A stretch of DNA of 64,000 nucleotides from Phoronis australis (taxonomy: Eukaryota; Animalia; Phoronida). Shown here piece by piece: positions 1 to 12,364 of the stretch (position 1 is its first letter; every line of letters begins with the position of its first letter). The position numbers and the translations under genes were made by a program. Below the pieces are notes generated by a model, which saw only the letters and a list, made by a program, of their open reading frames with translations, had not been told where the DNA came from and did not search any database. Where the stretch lies: assembly GCA_002633005.1 (NCBI GenBank), contig NMRA01000216.1:115499-179498 (forward strand). The letters run 5' to 3'.

Positions 1-345
1 CTTCCGTTGGCTAAGGTTTGCACATGCTCTATCTCTGTGTAATGGACCTCCTAAGGCCACTGTGTAGATGTAAACTTGTTTAGTCCAGCCATAATTGTGC
101 CAGCATCGTTCAAAACGATCGATATTTTTAAAAAAATGTACACAAAGCCGTCACTGTTTTTAACAGACTCCTCTCCTAAAAACTGTCAAAAATATTGTTT
201 TTTTCTTTCAATTTCTGATTTCCAAGGAAACGGTAATTTTAGAAAGCATGCCTTAACAATTAATCTTTTCTGTGGGTTTGTACAGTTTTGAACCTGTCCA
301 TAATTATGTACTTTTGCTTAGTAAAAAGACCTGTACAGTTCTATA

Positions 346-494
346 TGTATTGCTGAATGTGACTACAATAGGGCGAGGGGTCAACAGCACTAGTGTGTAT
401 TGCTGAATGTGACTACAATAGGGCGAGGGGTCAACAGCCCTAGTGTGTATTGCTGAATGTGACTACAATAGGGCGAGGGGTCAACAGCACTAGT
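346..494. repeat. Minisatellite, 50-bp unit x3
   Basis: The unit tgtattgctgaatgtgactacaatagggcgaggggtcaacagcactagtg occurs three times, with one substitution in copy 2. Confidence 0.95.
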
Positions 495-1110
495 CTTAGG
501 TTCTCTTAATTCATGTTACTCTCCATCTGTCTGATGGTTTCCTCACAGCTGTTTACTTTCTGCTTTGTTGTACTGGTTTGTTGTTATTGATGTTTTTGGT
601 TATAAATATCTCATTCTTCTTTACTTCTCTTTTGTCATAAAACTTGGTCTTCTTTTTATGAAAGGTACTCTTTCCTTTGTTTGCAAAAATTCAGGACACT
701 ATATGGAATTATAAGGATATTCAATGAAATTAGAAGTTGTCATAAATTACAGTCCTCTATGTATTTGCTTTTTACTTAATTTTTGAGGGGGAAAGCATAT
801 TGTTGGTGCAATGGTCAAAATTGAAAAAATAACTTGAATGTTTTTTGGTAAGGTTATGTGGGACCCTAGAAAGTGTCCAAATTTGGCTAACATCGGGTCT
901 TACAAAACCTTAAATTTCATTTCTTTCGAAAATTAAAGTAGACGTTATGTCGATTGTAAAATTTAATGCTTAATTTGAAAAATAGGTTTTGAATGTTAGT
1001 TTAGAAATTTTAATTAAAACGAAATGGAGAGAGTATCTTTAAATTTTCGTTTCACTTGTTTCTTCATGGTGGTGGCTGTATTGTTATCATTCTGTCATTC
1101 TCTTGCTCAG

Positions 1111-1137
1111 ATCGGCAGTACCACTAATTTCCTACAG
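1111..1137 (+). CDS. Candidate 27-nt microexon of the dynein heavy chain gene (IGSTTNFLQ)
   Basis: Pyrimidine-rich acceptor (tctgtcattctcttgctcag) and donor CAG|gtaacg. Length is a multiple of 3 with no stop, and phase 0 fits the exon starting at 7881. No transcript evidence. Confidence 0.5.
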
Positions 1138-4100
1138 GTAACGTATGATTTGTGTAAACGGTCGCACTTGAAAAGTTTGTTTGTTGCACTGCGTTGACTG
1201 TTTTTTTAAATTAATATCTCACTGTTCACTGCTGTGTGTCGCAGGTCAAGAGCGGAGAAAATTGCATTTGAATTGTCATTGTCTGCGTTACTTGTGTGCT
1301 AACTTGCCGATAGTGAGTAGCTGTTGTCAAGCTAGTATTTGTTTGTGGACATGAATACAGTACCGTATGGGCGCGTATTTAGGACCAATGCACCTATATT
1401 CGATATACTGCCTCGTTTTTCAAAGAAATATTTTTTGTCAAGTGTTTTGCTTATACTAGGCACTTGTAGCTAGTAATCTTCTCTTATTTGGATGTTTAGT
1501 GGTGACGTATCTCCCACTAATATGATGCGATTTGGACCCTCAAAAAAGAAGAGAATTACAAGTATTATTTGCAAAAAATTTGCTGGTCTTGCATTTTTTC
1601 CGAGATAGGTAACCACGGCAATTTAGCATTTTGAAATTTTATGTTGTTGTTGAGGCTGGTAATAATTTTTTAAGTTCTTTGCAATTTTTAGTGCTACATA
1701 AATCTGGCCTATTTGTCTCGGTTCAAAACATCAAAATGACATCATTCTAATCAAGCGAATTGGTGCGAGCAGCTATGATTATGGCTTGCGCATTTCATAG
1801 ACTGGATCATTCTTATTTGCTTTTGTCTAGTATTAGTACTTTTTATTTAATTAAGTCCAGTGCAACCTTTTTGCAACCGGTGACTCAAATTTCACTCATT
1901 TTCAGTATTTTGAAAATTTTCTCTGATTAACTAACTAAGTGTTATATATTGTATATGTAAGCACAGCTTCGTATGTAAGGCACACTAACTTATTAAGTAC
2001 AGATATGCAGTAAACTAAGTAACCAGCGTTTCTACCATAAGAACTGCTATGCTCAATAATGTTGCACGACTTGTGCAGTGTTGATGAATAAATGAAACAA
2101 TAAAAACGTTGTATAACTTGATAGATTTCACCCTGGGTTCTGTGACAAAAATAACTTCTGATTAACTCCTCGTTCACGGACCATTCACAATTATCACCAG
2201 TTGCATGTTACAAGTTAGTGTACAAGACGTAGACTTTTTCTGACCTTCCTAATCCCCTGAAAGCCTACAAAAGTGTTGGTACTTTTATAGACCAGTGTTT
2301 AATAATATGTAGTCTGTATGTATACCTCAGTTGATGTTGATGGTGATATTAATTTACATCTGATATGACATCAAAAGCATTATCTGGCTCTCATTCACAC
2401 TCATAAAATGGAGATAATTGCGAATGGTCTCTTATATGACAGTCACCTGTTTGAACACAATGACTAAGCTTATTGAATGTAATAACTCCGTATTGTAACT
2501 ACCCACATACTATTGCACATTCATATTGTCAAGTAATACTTTTCTGGAATTGCATCTGACAGCAATTTTCTTTCAGCTTGCATTGTGGTAATTGTTCACC
2601 TATTTAGCACGTGGCCAACAAATGAACTGTTTTGTTGAATTTCTTCAAGAAAACAAAGATGGAGAAAATTTTAGTCTATAACAATCTTAGTTTGTACTGT
2701 GGTGGTGTCATGAAACAGCATTTGATGAAGTTTTCATTATTTAGCAAACTACGGAAAAGCTTCTTGGAATTAGAGCACAATATGGTGGAACGCTTAAATT
2801 TTATTTCGTCAAAATTTTCAACAAGAGTAAACGAGAAGACAATTTTACTTTTTGAAAACTTTATTTTGTATAGCTGTCATCAGCAAACACACAATAAAAT
2901 TCTGAATTGAGCAATGCAGTGAGCATTAATTTGAAACATGAAAAAATGACAATTTTGGCAATTATTTTTGTTCAAATTTGAAGAAAGTTTACCGTAATTA
3001 AACTTTGAAAAATGAAAAAATGACAATTTTAGCAATTATTTTTGTGCGTAATAAGTGTGTTGCGCTACCGCACTGTGGGGTGAGTTTCCCAATTTCGCTG
3101 ATGGGTAGCGAGGGTTGCATCCATGTCCTTATAAGTTTGACAGTGATAACATGGGCGGGGAGAAAGTTGTCGACTCAATGTCTGCGTTCATCTGATAAGC
3201 TTATGCCATCCAGCAATTTTGTTGTAAACAGCATGCCTGACACTAACCGATATTCAAAAAATATTACTATTTCCAAATGACGTTCAACAAATATCGTGAA
3301 GATTTTTTTATGAAATACCATCACCAAAAAACTTCAAACGGAGAAAAATGGTTTACTTTCAGAGAAATTGAGACTTAACTTTCACTTGTTGGTTCCTTTG
3401 GGTGACTAAGCTCTGACTCGCTTACTGCCAACACAATAGGGTTGTTTGCCAATTTTAATCGAGCCTGATTCTAGATCAGATGGTGATGTTGGAAATTTTA
3501 AGAGTCCAGGGTAATTGACTTTGTGCGTAACGAGAGAACTAGTGAGTGTATTAGCACTTTGTGTTTCTTCGTACAAAATAACAAGTTAGTGTTCTGGTGT
3601 AATTGGCAAAATTATGACTCGGGCATATTGAATGCGCAAAGTTAACCCTTTCGTTCGGAAATGTTTCTTGAAATCAATATGCTGTAGGAACTGCCACAAA
3701 TTATCAAAGCAGATAGTGATTGCAAATTATCTATGGGAGGCAATTAGCCGAATATGGCGAATTTGAAACCCAACCCAGTGCACAGAGCCGCTGAGGTTTC
3801 TTTGATTTCGCGCACATCTCAACTTTGCCTAGTTTTCTGTAATGAAAGTGCTGAGAGGTGGCCTGTTTGTTATGGCTGGAACGTAATCATAGGAGGATAC
3901 CAAAACCGGTTTGATGATGACTCAAGTCATTCAGCACTCTTTGAGTTTCAGTATTTCAGCTAACGAGGTTGGCAAGAGGGCGCTTGTTTTGTTATCTGAG
4001 CTATGTGTTTGTAGCATTCCAATGTATATCAAATTCCAGAAATTTCGTGGGAATCTTTAATTACAGGTCTTACTTACATTAATCTGTTGCATCCCTATGC

Positions 4101-7100
4101 AATGAGAATCCTAACAAGTTTTGTATCCCCTATTGGCAGACCTTGAAAAGACATCTGTAAGACTGATTTAGAAAAATTAATATTTAATTGGTGTGGGAGC
4201 AGTATGGCTTGCAGCTTTGTCCCCAACCCTCAAGATGACGCTGATCGGTTTAGCTATTTGAGGCTTGGTGAGGAGAGATTTTTTACTTGTTAGCAGAATT
4301 CTTCCTTGCTTTTAGGAAATCGCTGGAATATCGTGAGCGGTATTAAGTTGTATCAACTCTGAAATTTGCTGCTGTATAATACAAAAAGTAAGCGGTATTT
4401 ATGCAAAAATATAGTTTTAGATCATTGAAAAATTGAAGTATTTGAATTCAAAACCAGGCTAATTTCTATGGTGCTTTCAATAAGTACGCGAGCACCCTTT
4501 TCTATTTCAAACAATAAAGAAAACAGTGTCTTCTGCTTCCGATTTATGAACGGCAGTGAAAACAGTTAAAATCTGCATTTTCTTGTTGAGTCAAATGAAA
4601 GACGCACTGACAAGAATCTTCAAGAACTGGTATTTAAATATTCAGACATTTAAGTGTTTGAAACTTTCTTGTGTCGTTCTTGTCAGCGGTGAACGTCGTC
4701 TACGGCCAATCAGGGCGCAGAAGGGATTGTCTCCTCACCAAGCCTCTTATGGCTTAACCGGTCAGCGCCTCATTAATAAATTTTCTTTACTGATGTGAAA
4801 TTTTAGAGAATTTTTCCTAGTAAAAATTTACCTGAATAAAACACTGAGATTGTTTCAGGTATTGTTCGTATGGGAACGACGTTAATGTTTCGTGTTGTTG
4901 GTGATTTTGAGACATAGGAACAGTGTGTAAAGTGTTTAATGCTGTGCACTGTATCCTCTCCGTAAATCAAGTAATATGTCGTATACTTGATATGACCCAG
5001 AGTATCTGAGTGTGTGCATTATTTTGTTCATTTTTTGTTTGTTCAAGCTTAGTGTTTTAGTGTTGCTCAATTGAAGCTTTCAAACATATTATTTGACATT
5101 CTACTCATAAGTTTGTCCATCGCAAGTCACACTTTGAGTAGACTTTAAAATTTCCACACCTTGTAATTAGCCTATTTTTGTCGAAGCGAAATTGGTGGTC
5201 TGTTACCGTAGTTTAGATTGTGAGAGACCTTGTTATACAATCATAGTAGACTTAAGTTAGATTCTCTCTAGGAATCAGTTATTTGGTCCCTAAGTTCTCT
5301 GTGTCAAAATCACATTTTGTGAGGCCATGGTACGCATGGTGGGTCACCGCATGCCTCCCAAGGCTCTGACCACTTAATTTCCAACTGACAGTAGTCATCT
5401 TCATTGAGAGATTGATTAATTCTTCTTTATATGGAAATTAATTAGAAAACTTTTGCCTTGGTCTTTCTGCCTTTTGCTCTTTACACTAAACATATCTTTG
5501 ACATTTAATTTGTGAGTATTCTGGCAGTGATTTCTTAGTGCACACTGAGATTTTTGATTTGTTTCATTGACAGAAATCGTGGCAGTTTTCAATTTTGTTT
5601 TGAAGTTCTAAAATGCAGTGTACAACAAAACTGAAAGACAGTTTGGTCAATAACTAATTAATACGTTTTTGTAAATTGTTATTTCTTTGACCATTACTAA
5701 TTCTTTTTATATTTTGTTTGCAACAGTTAATCTTAATGATTAGACCTTAATGGTAGTGCTGACAGTCTGTCGTGTATGCCAAGATGTGGGCGTGTGTTCT
5801 TTTTTTACTGGGTGACCATTAAAGTACAAGTTATTAAAGGCTTCCGTTCCGGTCACGGAATACACCGCCAAATGAATTTTGTGATTTAACCATTCCTGAT
5901 GTGGACTTTACTGTTTTGTGAAAATGTAAAGGATTTTTCCAATTTATTTACAAAACATTCGCATTTTGTTTTGTCTGCACACTTGGTGGAAGCATCTGTT
6001 GTCAGCCACACATTCATGTTTTACGCATGATATTTCTAGCGTGCATAGGTAATCCCGCTGCTGTTATTGGATCTCTGGAATTTAACTTGAAAATGTTTTA
6101 ACATAATATTGTCTTATAGCAGAGGTCTCTGTTTAAAAGTGCTTTTAGAGTATTTAAGCACCCTTGATTTTGTCTTGTTGTTAATTTCCTTTGTTTTCTT
6201 TTGTTCTGCATCTTAATTTCATCCTCATAATAATCTTGTAAACTTATCTAAGTAGCCATAAATCCATGATACAAGCTTTTGATTGAGACTTTCTACCAAT
6301 ATAAAATTGGTCTCAACTTGTTACTTACTCAAATGTCAAATGGTTACTGGTTCTGCAAAGAACCGACAGCTCGTTATTCCTCAACACTATGCTCATCGCA
6401 TAACTTGACTCGCCATCTTGTGGAGCCTCAGGTCTCAAACAATAGTCCATTTTCAGTTCCTTCCAATCCCTGACATCACCTCTAATTATACTAAAACTAT
6501 AACTTTTCATTGATATCAAGTAACTGCATGAAGTTTTCATAAAATTCACAAATATACTAATATGTCGTGTTATTCATGTCTCATGGCACAAATAAAGAAA
6601 CCTCACATTTGGAACATGAGTTTTTGAAACCTAATTACAGCCAATTACAAAAGCATTTTGACGTCAAATAGTATACTGAAAATGATGAAATCACAATTAC
6701 AAAATCTATCTATTACATCAAATTTCAACTGAATCTACTTTCATTTGAATCTGGTCAAAAGAATTTTTGAGACTTGAGAAATTTTGTGATCAATTCCAAC
6801 TTTGTGTCTCACAAAAGTTGGTTTTTGAGATGGAAGGCAGGTTTATAGCCTCTTTGAAGTTTTTGGAATAAATAATTAAATTTCCTGTATGAAAGCTGTG
6901 TCAGTTCCATGTTTTGCGTAACCAAATATAATGCTTTTACCATGGTTTAGTTTGTTTTCATCATTCACATGTATTGCCATCCTGTATCTGTGTTCCAGAA
7001 CTAATTCCATTTTGGGCTTGCAGGGGATGACTAGTCGGCATATTGGCTAAGAATTTTGTGGACGGTTGTAAATCGTTGTTGTTCACACACAATAGGTGCA

Positions 7101-7310
7101 TGGCTGAGAAGATAATTTGTTTTATTACCCACTATGGGTTTTGAATAACTCGAAATCCTGTATGGTCCTGATACAAGTGAAGTGTGCTGTGTTACTCCTG
7201 ACATGGAGCTTGGTGCTTGACATTATGTACTGTCTGTGACACTTCAATGAGCAACATATCGCATCTGGTGTTATCTGGCTTCACATGAATCTAAAGACGT
7301 GAATTGCTAC

Positions 7311-7890
7311 TGTGAGCCTGTTTCACATGTAACAGTCGTGACATTGTTGTTGAAAATCATCCTAAAGTCTTGTTTCACATGAAACTTTTGATACATGTTG
7401 CTACAGCTCTAGACACGCGGTAATATGTGATGCCAAAGTTCCACGCCATCCTGGAACCCTGTTTCAGATGAAAGTTGTTATGTCTGTTCCTACTCCAGAT
7501 GCTGTGAGCCTGTTTTGCATGTAATATGTAATGTCAGTATTCCACACCATCCTGTAATCTTGTTACACGTGAAACGTGTAATATGTGTTACTCCAGCAGA
7601 TACCTGTGAGCCTGAGGAGATAGTGTGGCTCAGTGGTTAGAGCTCCGGACTCCCTTTTGGGAGACCTGGGTTCAAATCCTGGCTTTACAGGCTGCCAATT
7701 GAGCATTGCACAAAGATGTCTCCTACTCCTCTGAGCTCGTTCTTACTAATGAATGTGTGCAAGAGAGTGAATGAGGACCTGGATATAATGCGAATTCACA
7801 GCGATTTCTGAGGCTGTGCTCATATGTAAATAACAATAAAAAGTCTGTTTCACATGTAACACGTGACGTTGATATTGCAGACCATTCTGG
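7311..7890 (+). repeat. Degenerate ~97-bp tandem repeat whose last unit contains the dynein splice acceptor
   Basis: Units start tgtgagcctgtttcacatgtaa at 7311, ~7410 (eroded), 7503 and 7605. The last unit is split by a SINE and resumes at ~7844, running into gatattgcag|accattctgg. Confidence 0.7.
7615..7843 (+). mobile_element. tRNA-derived SINE
   Basis: Pol III A box TGGCTCAGTGG (7626-7636), B box GGTTCAAATCC (7669-7679), ~160-nt body and A-rich tail (taaataacaataaaaa). Flanked by an imperfect duplication, agcctg / agtctg. Confidence 0.8.
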
Positions 7891-7998
7891 GTGACGACCA
7901 GTACATCTTCACCAGACTCAACAAGGTCTATGATGGCATGCCCTCTTCAGCCACACTCAAACACAAGCTCTTCCCGAGGCCTCCGACACCTTTTCATG
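7881..7998 (+). CDS. Dynein heavy chain C-terminal region, internal exon (TILGDDQYIFTRLNKVYDGMPSSATLKHKLFPRPPTPFH)
   Basis: ttgcag| acceptor and |gtacgg donor. 118 nt, phase 0 to 1, joining in frame to the exon at 9589. Confidence 0.8.
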
Positions 7999-9588
7999 GT
8001 ACGGTTAATCATCATACACTAGCAATTTTTGTAAAAATATTATTACTATATCGCTTTCTGACTGACAATTCAGAAATAACGCTTAACATCGTAATGTGGG
8101 CACAGCTAGTATGACTATTTTGTTAGTGCATCAGATGTGTCTCCACAGTCAGTGAGTTTTGTGTTTAAGTCCCTTGAAACGCTGTCTTTGAGAACCATTA
8201 CTTTCACGGCGCATGTTATCTGTTAGAACCCTTTGTTTTGATTCTACGATAGGCAGTGTTATCGATCCTAATTAATATGCGCGATTAATTTAGGTACTGA
8301 ATGTAGTCCATAAATTCATTGTGTATAACCTGTTTGCTAATTACTTGAACAGGAAGTCACATCAATCTCGGAAGATTTTAACTAAGATGAGTGGACTCTC
8401 CAGGGTTGTACCATGTCTGGAGATGAAGCTCACTGGGTTTTTTTTGTAAATTACACTGAAGTTGTTTCAGTGGGAGCTCTGTGTGCCTTTGAAAGCTGGC
8501 TCTGGGTAGCTTCAAGCCAATGATAAAACTATTATTTGTCGACCGATTTCCCTGTTGGAGGCTTTAAAACTGCTATCTCCAGCTACACGTCAAGGACGCC
8601 TTTAATGAAAGGCAAAGTTTCCGGCTTAATCACAGTGAAAACCATGACGTATTCATTAGAAAACCAATATATTCCCCATTTACCAAACATCAAGGGAGTG
8701 GTGGCTAGTGAATTGTATTACTAAGTAATTAGCTAGCTCAAACATTAGTGACCAGGGTGATGTTTGCACAAATGGGGTTTAACAGGAAACAAATTGCAAT
8801 AGTGATAACAATACACCAAATGAAAGGTCGTGAGCTGCTCTATGATATATCAAAAGTTAAAAAAAATCTATTGAGAGGGGGAACAATTAGACTAATACGC
8901 GTAAACAGATTCTTTGAACTCGACCCACTGTTGAACTGAAGTGTGAGCGCATTTCTGACACCCTTTGTATATGATCATTCTGTAGGGACCATTATGCGTA
9001 GATCACATGAACTATATTATTAAGAGTGCACATCCTGCGTCATGTCACGTAGCTCAGTTATTGTTTGTAATGAATCCTTGTATTACGTAACTTAAGGTAT
9101 AGGAAATAATTTTCTAGGAAATCTCGTGTTATTTAATTTTACCTTACATTGTTTCAATCAGTGTGCACTTGTCGTTTATTAACGTTCAGACACGTATTAC
9201 TAATGTCACGGAGAACACTTGGTATCTGAGTAATGCTTTTCACCAAATTATTCCCACCACTAGAAATATGTCTTTCACTGTGCTTTTCATAGAAGTTTGA
9301 TTAAATTTGGGGTTTCATTTGATATGACCTATAGTTTTGCTATATTTTTATTTGATTAGATGGTTCCTTATTTCACTTAGACTAAAGGTCTGATAACATC
9401 AGTGAATTCCCTTTAATGACCAAAACACAGTGGTCCTCTTGACATAGTCAGCTCCAAGAAAAGACTAGCTGGCCACAGGTTTATCACTGGGCTATTTACA
9501 GCTGACTGCACCTGAGGGGGGTAGCATTGGTGTTGTCATGAGTCTTTGCATGCAGTGCTCCTCATTGCATGGTCTCTGTTTCCCCTAG

Positions 9589-9752
9589 GTGCGCCCCTGG
9601 CCAGTGTGAGCGCCCTCAGTACCAACCCTTATGCCATTTGGAAGGGAGTGTTTGCTTCCGCCAGCTTCGCTGCCATGAAAATGAGAAAGGATGTGGAATT
9701 GTGGGAGATTTGTCATACTGTCATTCCTAAAGTCCCCAAAGCATATAGCAAG
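9589..9752 (+). CDS. Dynein heavy chain, internal exon (GAPLASVS...VELWEICHTVIPKVPKAYSK)
   Basis: tttcccctag| acceptor and AAG|gtatgt donor. 164 nt, phase 1 to 0, open frame. Confidence 0.85.
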
Positions 9753-10048
9753 GTATGTTAGAGAGACATGGAGACGTGCTCCTCTTGTGTTACCTCTCAC
9801 TCCATAATGGGTCTCATTATTTTAGCGTTTACCTTAATTTGAACATGGTGACAGGATGTGACAACTTTTTGTGGATTGAAGTGTTTGTCAAATCCGTATT
9901 TGTCTCGGTGTATATTTCATCAACCGTCATTTCATCAGAGGGCAGGTTTTAGTTTTGCCATCTCTCAACTACTTGTTATCATAAATCCTGGTTTTCTCAG
10001 TTAGAAAAGTCCATGGTTCCTGATTACAGTCTGTCTTTACCCTTGTAG

Positions 10049-10165
10049 GAGTATGTAACTGAACGTGTGAAGAAAGTGGGGGGTTTCACGCCATTCAACG
10101 TCTTTATCATGAAAGAACTGGAGACCATGTACGCCTTGTTGATCGACATCAAATCTACTCTTCAG
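10049..10165 (+). CDS. Dynein heavy chain, internal exon (EYVTERVKKVGGFTPFNVFIMKELETMYALLIDIKSTLQ)
   Basis: ccttgtag| and CAG|gtaatt, 117 nt, phase 0-0. Resembles the ERLxKMG..PMNIFLRQEIDRM..L segment of DNAH5/DNAH8-type C-terminal domains. Absent from the ORF track. Confidence 0.9.
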
Positions 10166-11719
10166 GTAATTAATGTCAAGATCAAAAGATCATCGCCTTA
10201 TCTGGCAATTCAATTGTTTGCATAGCCAAAAAAGCGGCAATGAAAAAATCCATTAATTGCACATGGTTTGTAGTGGAAAAGATTGCAAATTAATTTTTTT
10301 TCTTTTAAGTAGGAAGTAGTGATTTGAGTAATTTCCGTAAGTGCCATAGTTGTTATACTGACTAGAATACATCATGATTAATGGTTGTATTTAGCATTGA
10401 TTGTGAGTGCATGAATGACATTTAATGTACCTTGATAGTCTAAAAGTAGTAATAGTGAAGGTGGCCTAGGTTTGTCTTGATATTAAATTGTTCTCAAAAG
10501 TATGAGGAAGTAAATCACATGAAAATTTTAATTTTGAAAGTAAAATGGTGCTGAAAAGATGAAACACTTGACAACATTTGAGGGAAATTGTCAGAAGAAG
10601 AAAGAATGGAAGGGACATACAGGAGAATGGATTGGGGGGTGTAGTGAAGATGCTCGGTTTTTTTGATTAACTTTGAGTCTGTGATGCTGAAAACTTGAGT
10701 AAGAATAGCATTGAATGAGATTTAAAATGGTAAAAATTTTCACGCTTGCGAGGCACTTTCAGTTCTTGAGTTTTATAGACGTTTTAGTGATTTTGTCGCG
10801 CAAGATCAGATAGTCGAAGTTGGTACTACTTCATAATTTCTTGGGAATTGCACGTTTTATAGAGAACAAGGAACTGGAAAGTGTCCTTCAAAAACACAAT
10901 CTGGGTATCACAGAAGTGGCCATTTTGACAACAGAGGTCAGGCCAGTTGTAAAACTTTCAATTGGGAATATGCCCTGGTGAAAGGTGAAACAAAAAAGAT
11001 CATAGCAATTATTGAACTCTGTTAACTTAGTGAATTACAATAATCTTGGCTGTGTGTGCTCCCAGTAATTGACACGATGTTGGAAGTTACTGGCAGATTT
11101 GTTACAAGCATAAAAATTCAGTAACGGTCTTTAAAGAGGCCTGGAATGCGATAAACAAATCTTGACGAAAGTACCATCTCGCAAATTCTAGTACAGAGTA
11201 ATTCACTTGATATGATAACTTTTTTAATTTTCTTGTAAAATGTTTTATAAATACACGGCGTCAGCTGAGACTTATTTTGTTGGTGGCACAATAAACGCGT
11301 GGGTGATTAGTGTAAGCCTGGAGTAATTAAGTTCATGGTGGATTACATAACTTTGATAATTACAGAGAGATAAGTTAACCCGACTTTTCATGTTATGCTC
11401 TAATTAGCATCCATGGTTATGTTGGCGTTCATTATATATCAGATGGACTCTGCGTTCTGTGTCAACAGAGTCTGAACATAGGTTTGGCAGTTCATGAAGT
11501 CAACGAAAATAGCCGTCGACGCAATATTTTCATGCGTCCCCATACTGTGTAACATCTAGGTCAAGTTGTAATTCTTGAATCTGAGACTGTCGTTGTTGCC
11601 TATTTCTAGAATATGGTATAAGCTCTAACGTTGTATTGTTAGAAGTATTTTAATTTTCACCATCCCAAACTGGTGAATTTCTACCGTGTTTTTCCAGTGT
11701 GGCCATCCTGTATTTTCAG

Positions 11720-11929
11720 AGCATCAAGGCAAGCGTTGAGGTGAACTCTCTCGGTGACCTTGTCTCTCCTCGCACCGTATCTGCTGCGGACGACCTGTTT
11801 CATATGAGGATTCCCGAGATCTGGCGCCAGATGGCAGGCTTATCAGCACCACCGCAGCAGTGGACCCTAGCCCAGTGGCTGGTGGATTTGGCCAACAGGT
11901 GTCAGCACTTCGAGCGAATACTTGTTCTG
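11720..11929 (+). CDS. Dynein heavy chain, internal exon (SIKASVEV...RIPEIWRQ...WLVDLANRCQHFERILVL)
   Basis: ttttcag| and CTG|gtgagt, 210 nt, phase 0-0. RIPxxW and LxxWxxDLxxRxxxF motifs of the dynein C-terminal domain. Confidence 0.92.
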
Positions 11930-12196
11930 GTGAGTTGACTGCACCATGATTGAGTCTTTGGATTTGTTTGTAATGTTACCGATGTGGTGGGCATTTAGTC
12001 ATATTACTATTATAGCATTTATGCTAAAATTGTTATTTTCTGAAACTTCGCAGTTTGCACTTCTTGATTTCGTACAAGTCACCCTTTGATTAGTTTATGT
12101 AACCATGTCTTTTTTGTTAATTCAAGAGTAGGTGAAAATAGTGATGTTGTTTTTGTGTTCTGAGAGACTTTGACACTAGCTATCTCTCTATTCCAG

Positions 12197-12364
12197 GGCA
12201 GAGAAAAGATGCCTGCCTATTGGCTGGGAGCCTTTTTCAACCCACGAGCATTGCTGACCCTACTGAAGCAAGACTGCTACCGGCACCACATGAGCCACGA
12301 TAGGACAGGATCGATAGAAACACTGGTTTTACAAACAGAAGTGACCAACAGGGACAAAGATCAT
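12197..12364 (+). CDS. Dynein heavy chain, internal exon (GREKMPAYWLGAFFNPRALLTLLKQ...TEVTNRDKDH)
   Basis: ttccag| and CAT|gtgagt, 168 nt. Contains the diagnostic WLxxFFNPxxxLTxxxQ motif. Confidence 0.95.

Noticed and set aside
346-494. 50-bp repeats as a CRISPR array
   Set aside because: The units are directly adjacent with no unique spacers, there are no cas genes, and the context is eukaryotic.
1245-1320. Additional dynein exon after the gtcgcag acceptor-like site
   Set aside because: In-frame TGA after 8 codons in phase 0, and no dynein similarity.
7619-7690. tRNA gene
   Set aside because: A and B boxes are present, but there is no convincing acceptor stem or oligo-T terminator, and it runs into a body and A-tail typical of a SINE.
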